DNA of 50,871 bases from contig JAQUMB010000002.1 in assembly GCA_028718325.1 (NCBI GenBank), positions 1 through 50,871 on the forward strand. Direction: 5' to 3'. The position numbers were made by a program, and so were the translations under genes. This stretch comes from Patescibacteria group bacterium (lineage in GTDB: Bacteria; Patescibacteriota; CPR2; UBA1875; CAIMLA01). Below the pieces are notes generated by a model. That model did no database searches. It was given only the letters and a program-made list of their open reading frames with translations, and had not been told where the DNA came from. Below, piece after piece: positions 48,667-50,871 of this stretch; within the stretch, counting starts at the first letter, position 1, and every line of letters begins with the position of its first letter.

Positions 48667-50733
48667 ATGTCTATTACACTAAATTCGAAGCTAGACGAGA
48701 TCCCTGGAATCGGCCCAGCCTATATTCATAAATTACAGAAGCTAGGGATCGAAACAGTTCGGGACTTTTTGTTATATTTGCCTCGTCGCTGGGACGACTA
48801 TTCTCACATTGTACCAATTAGAGAAATCCGACCCGACGAAATAGTTACTATTAAAGGTAAGATATGGGAAATTAGTAACAAGCGGGCTAGGAGTGGAATA
48901 AATATTACCGAAGCAATCATTGCTGATGATACGGGAACGGTAAAAGCGACTTGGTTCAATCAACCATTTTTGATTAAAAGTTTGAAGACTGGAGATGAAA
49001 TTTGTTTGGCTGGAAAATTAGAATGGAATCACAATTCAGTCGGGATGGTTTCGCCAGCCTTTGAAAAGATTAGCGATGAAGATGAGAGTGGCTTGACCCA
49101 TGTTGGCCGAATTGTCCCAGTCTATGCCGAGACAGAAGGAATCACCTCCAAATGGCTTCGTTCAAAGATAAAACCTTTGATGAAGCTTATCTATTCGATT
49201 CGTGACTATTTGCCAGAGGAAATAAAAAGAGAGCAAAAATTGATTGATCTTCCTGCGGCGATTCGTCAGATGCATTTCCCGGAAAATGCCCTGCAGCTCA
49301 AAAAAGCACGGGAGAGGCTTGATTTCGATGAGATGTTTTTATTACAACTTGCCGTCCTTAATTCAAGAAAGAAACTAAATCAAGAGCGGGCAATTGCCCT
49401 TCCTTTTAATGAAGATTTGATCAAAGGTTTTGTCCACGATTTGCCGTATCAATTGACTAATGCTCAGAGGAAAGCAGCTTGGGAAATTTTACAAGATTTA
49501 GCTCGAATGCAACCAATGAACCGTTTACTTCAGGGAGATGTCGGCAGCGGCAAAACCGTGGTTGCAGCGATTGCCATGCTGAATACAGCGATTTCCAATA
49601 ATCAAGCTGTTTTGCTTTGCCCAACCGAGATTTTGGTCAAGCAGCACTTTACTCTAGTTTCGAAATTGTTAAAACCCTTTGATATTGATTGTGTTATGTT
49701 GGTCGGGTCAACTCCAAAGGCGGAAAAAGAAGAAATATACAGTAAAATCCGTGAGGGGGAAGCTCGAGTAATCATTGGTACACATGCGCTGCTAGAAAAG
49801 GGAGTGGAATTTTGGCGTTTGGGTCTGGCAATTGTTGATGAACAACATCGTTTTGGAGTCGATCAGCGAGCAGCTCTACGCAAAGAAAGTTTGTCGACAA
49901 AAACCTTACCACATTTTCTGACAATGACGGCAACACCAATCCCAAGGACTTTATCACTAACTCTTTTTGGTGATCTAGATTTATCAATATTAGATGAACT
50001 GCCCCCTGGTCGAAAATCGATCATTACACGAATTGTTCCAAGTACGAAAAGACAAGACGGCTATCACTTTATCGAGGAAGAGATAAAGAAGGGTAGACAA
50101 GCCTTTGTTGTTTGTCCCTTGATTGGAGATGTAACAGGCCTAGAAAGCGAAAAGAAATCAGTCATGGTTGAATATCAAAGTCTTTCCAAAAACATTTATC
50201 CAGATTTGAAAATAGCTTATATCCACGGCAAAATGAAGAGTGAAGAAAAAGAGAAAATCATGAGTGATTTTGCTGCCGGAGAAACAAATATTCTCGTCTC
50301 AACTTCGGTAATAGAAGTTGGCATCGACGTACCAAATTCAACGATTATGATTATCGAAGATGCAGATCGTTTTGGTCTTTCTCAGCTTCATCAATTTCGA
50401 GGTCGAGTCGGTCGAGGAGAGCATCAGTCATATTGTTTCCTTTTCACTAAATCGAATAGTGAGCCTGTCTTGAAAAGACTCAATGCTTTAGTGCAAACAA
50501 ATGATGGATTCAAGTTGTCAGAGGTCGACCTTGAAATCAGAGGGCCTGGAGATTTCATCGGAGCTCGTCAACATGGTTTGCCGGATATAAAAATGAAAAA
50601 TCTAATGGATTTGGCTTTAATCAAAAAATGTCGTGATGCAGCCAACAATTTTTTAGCTAAAAATAATTTGGAACACCAAACATTGTTATATGATAAAACC
50701 AAGGTTTTTGACGCAATCCTTTATCTGGAGTAA
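48667..50733 (+). CDS. recG: ATP-dependent DNA helicase RecG
   Basis: N-terminal wedge/OB domain, LTNAQRKA, Walker A GDVGSGKT, DEQHRFG and QLHQFRGRVGRG. Confidence 0.95.
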   Translation: MSITLNSKLDEIPGIGPAYIHKLQKLGIETVRDFLLYLPRRWDDYSHIVPIREIRPDEIVTIKGKIWEISNKRARSGINITEAIIADDTGTVKATWFNQPFLIKSLKTGDEICLAGKLEWNHNSVGMVSPAFEKISDEDESGLTHVGRIVPVYAETEGITSKWLRSKIKPLMKLIYSIRDYLPEEIKREQKLIDLPAAIRQMHFPENALQLKKARERLDFDEMFLLQLAVLNSRKKLNQERAIALPFNEDLIKGFVHDLPYQLTNAQRKAAWEILQDLARMQPMNRLLQGDVGSGKTVVAAIAMLNTAISNNQAVLLCPTEILVKQHFTLVSKLLKPFDIDCVMLVGSTPKAEKEEIYSKIREGEARVIIGTHALLEKGVEFWRLGLAIVDEQHRFGVDQRAALRKESLSTKTLPHFLTMTATPIPRTLSLTLFGDLDLSILDELPPGRKSIITRIVPSTKRQDGYHFIEEEIKKGRQAFVVCPLIGDVTGLESEKKSVMVEYQSLSKNIYPDLKIAYIHGKMKSEEKEKIMSDFAAGETNILVSTSVIEVGIDVPNSTIMIIEDADRFGLSQLHQFRGRVGRGEHQSYCFLFTKSNSEPVLKRLNALVQTNDGFKLSEVDLEIRGPGDFIGARQHGLPDIKMKNLMDLALIKKCRDAANNFLAKNNLEHQTLLYDKTKVFDAILYLE

Positions 50734-50735
50734 TA

Positions 50736-50871
50736 ATGCAAGAAAAAAAAAGCAGATTAAAAGAAAAAATAGGAATATTTTTATTAGCACTGATCTTCCT
50801 TATTTCGGGTTTGATTTTGATAAAAGATAAAGAAAAGCCAATTAAATATGTTCAGGATGATACATCAACGA
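50736..50871 (+). CDS. Start of a hypothetical membrane protein; 3' end lies outside the window
   Basis: The ATG at 50736 is followed by a basic stretch and a TM-like segment (IGIFLLALIFLISGLILI). Only 45 codons are visible. Confidence 0.35.
   Translation, partial: MQEKKSRLKEKIGIFLLALIFLISGLILIKDKEKPIKYVQDDTST

Overview
This is an AT-rich, gene-dense 50.9 kb chromosomal segment made up almost entirely of plus-strand housekeeping genes. In order they are gdh (5'-truncated), a C39-like peptidase, leuS, yceD-rpmF-nusB-rnc, smc, rpsP-KH-trmD, ferredoxin, uvrB, uvrA, uvrC, yvcK, secG, an orphan family-5 substrate-binding protein, LysM, lemA-htpX, ligA, gatC-gatA, cyclophilin, gatB, an mscS-like gene, dnaE, rplS, rnhB-yraN, nusA, clpC, a PIN/TRAM (yacL-like) gene, mpg, tyrS and recG. 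The minus strand carries a six-tRNA cluster (Leu-GAG, Val-UAC, Phe-GAA, Gly-GCC, Cys-GCA, Leu-UAA, all with encoded CCA), a class A PBP and two short GC-rich orphan genes. Three traits suggest a reduced-genome bacterium, possibly CPR/Patescibacteria-like; this is inference only. Genes are packed tightly with many 1-nt (TAATG) and 4-nt (ATGA/GTGA) start-stop overlaps. rimM, rimP and infB are missing from their usual operon positions. UvrC is compact, and S16, L19, the KH protein and NusA carry long acidic tails. I saw no CRISPR array, transposase, integrase or rRNA. The items most worth a second look are: (1) a complete Nudix hydrolase domain inserted in-frame in the CP1 editing region of LeuRS; (2) a roughly 300-nt highly structured non-coding locus downstream of the PBP gene, with its own extended -10 promoter and intrinsic terminator, that I could not assign to a known RNA family; (3) two compositionally foreign (GC-rich, GC3-rich) single-gene minus-strand islands, each bounded by a GC-rich palindrome, one encoding an orphan RsbW/SpoIIAB-like HATPase between uvrB and uvrA; (4) a consensus promoter followed immediately by an intrinsic terminator in the nusA leader; (5) two divergent membrane-anchored paralogues, one with an Rx4H (HEPN/DUF4145-like) motif, bracketing gatB and mscS inside a split gatCAB cluster.
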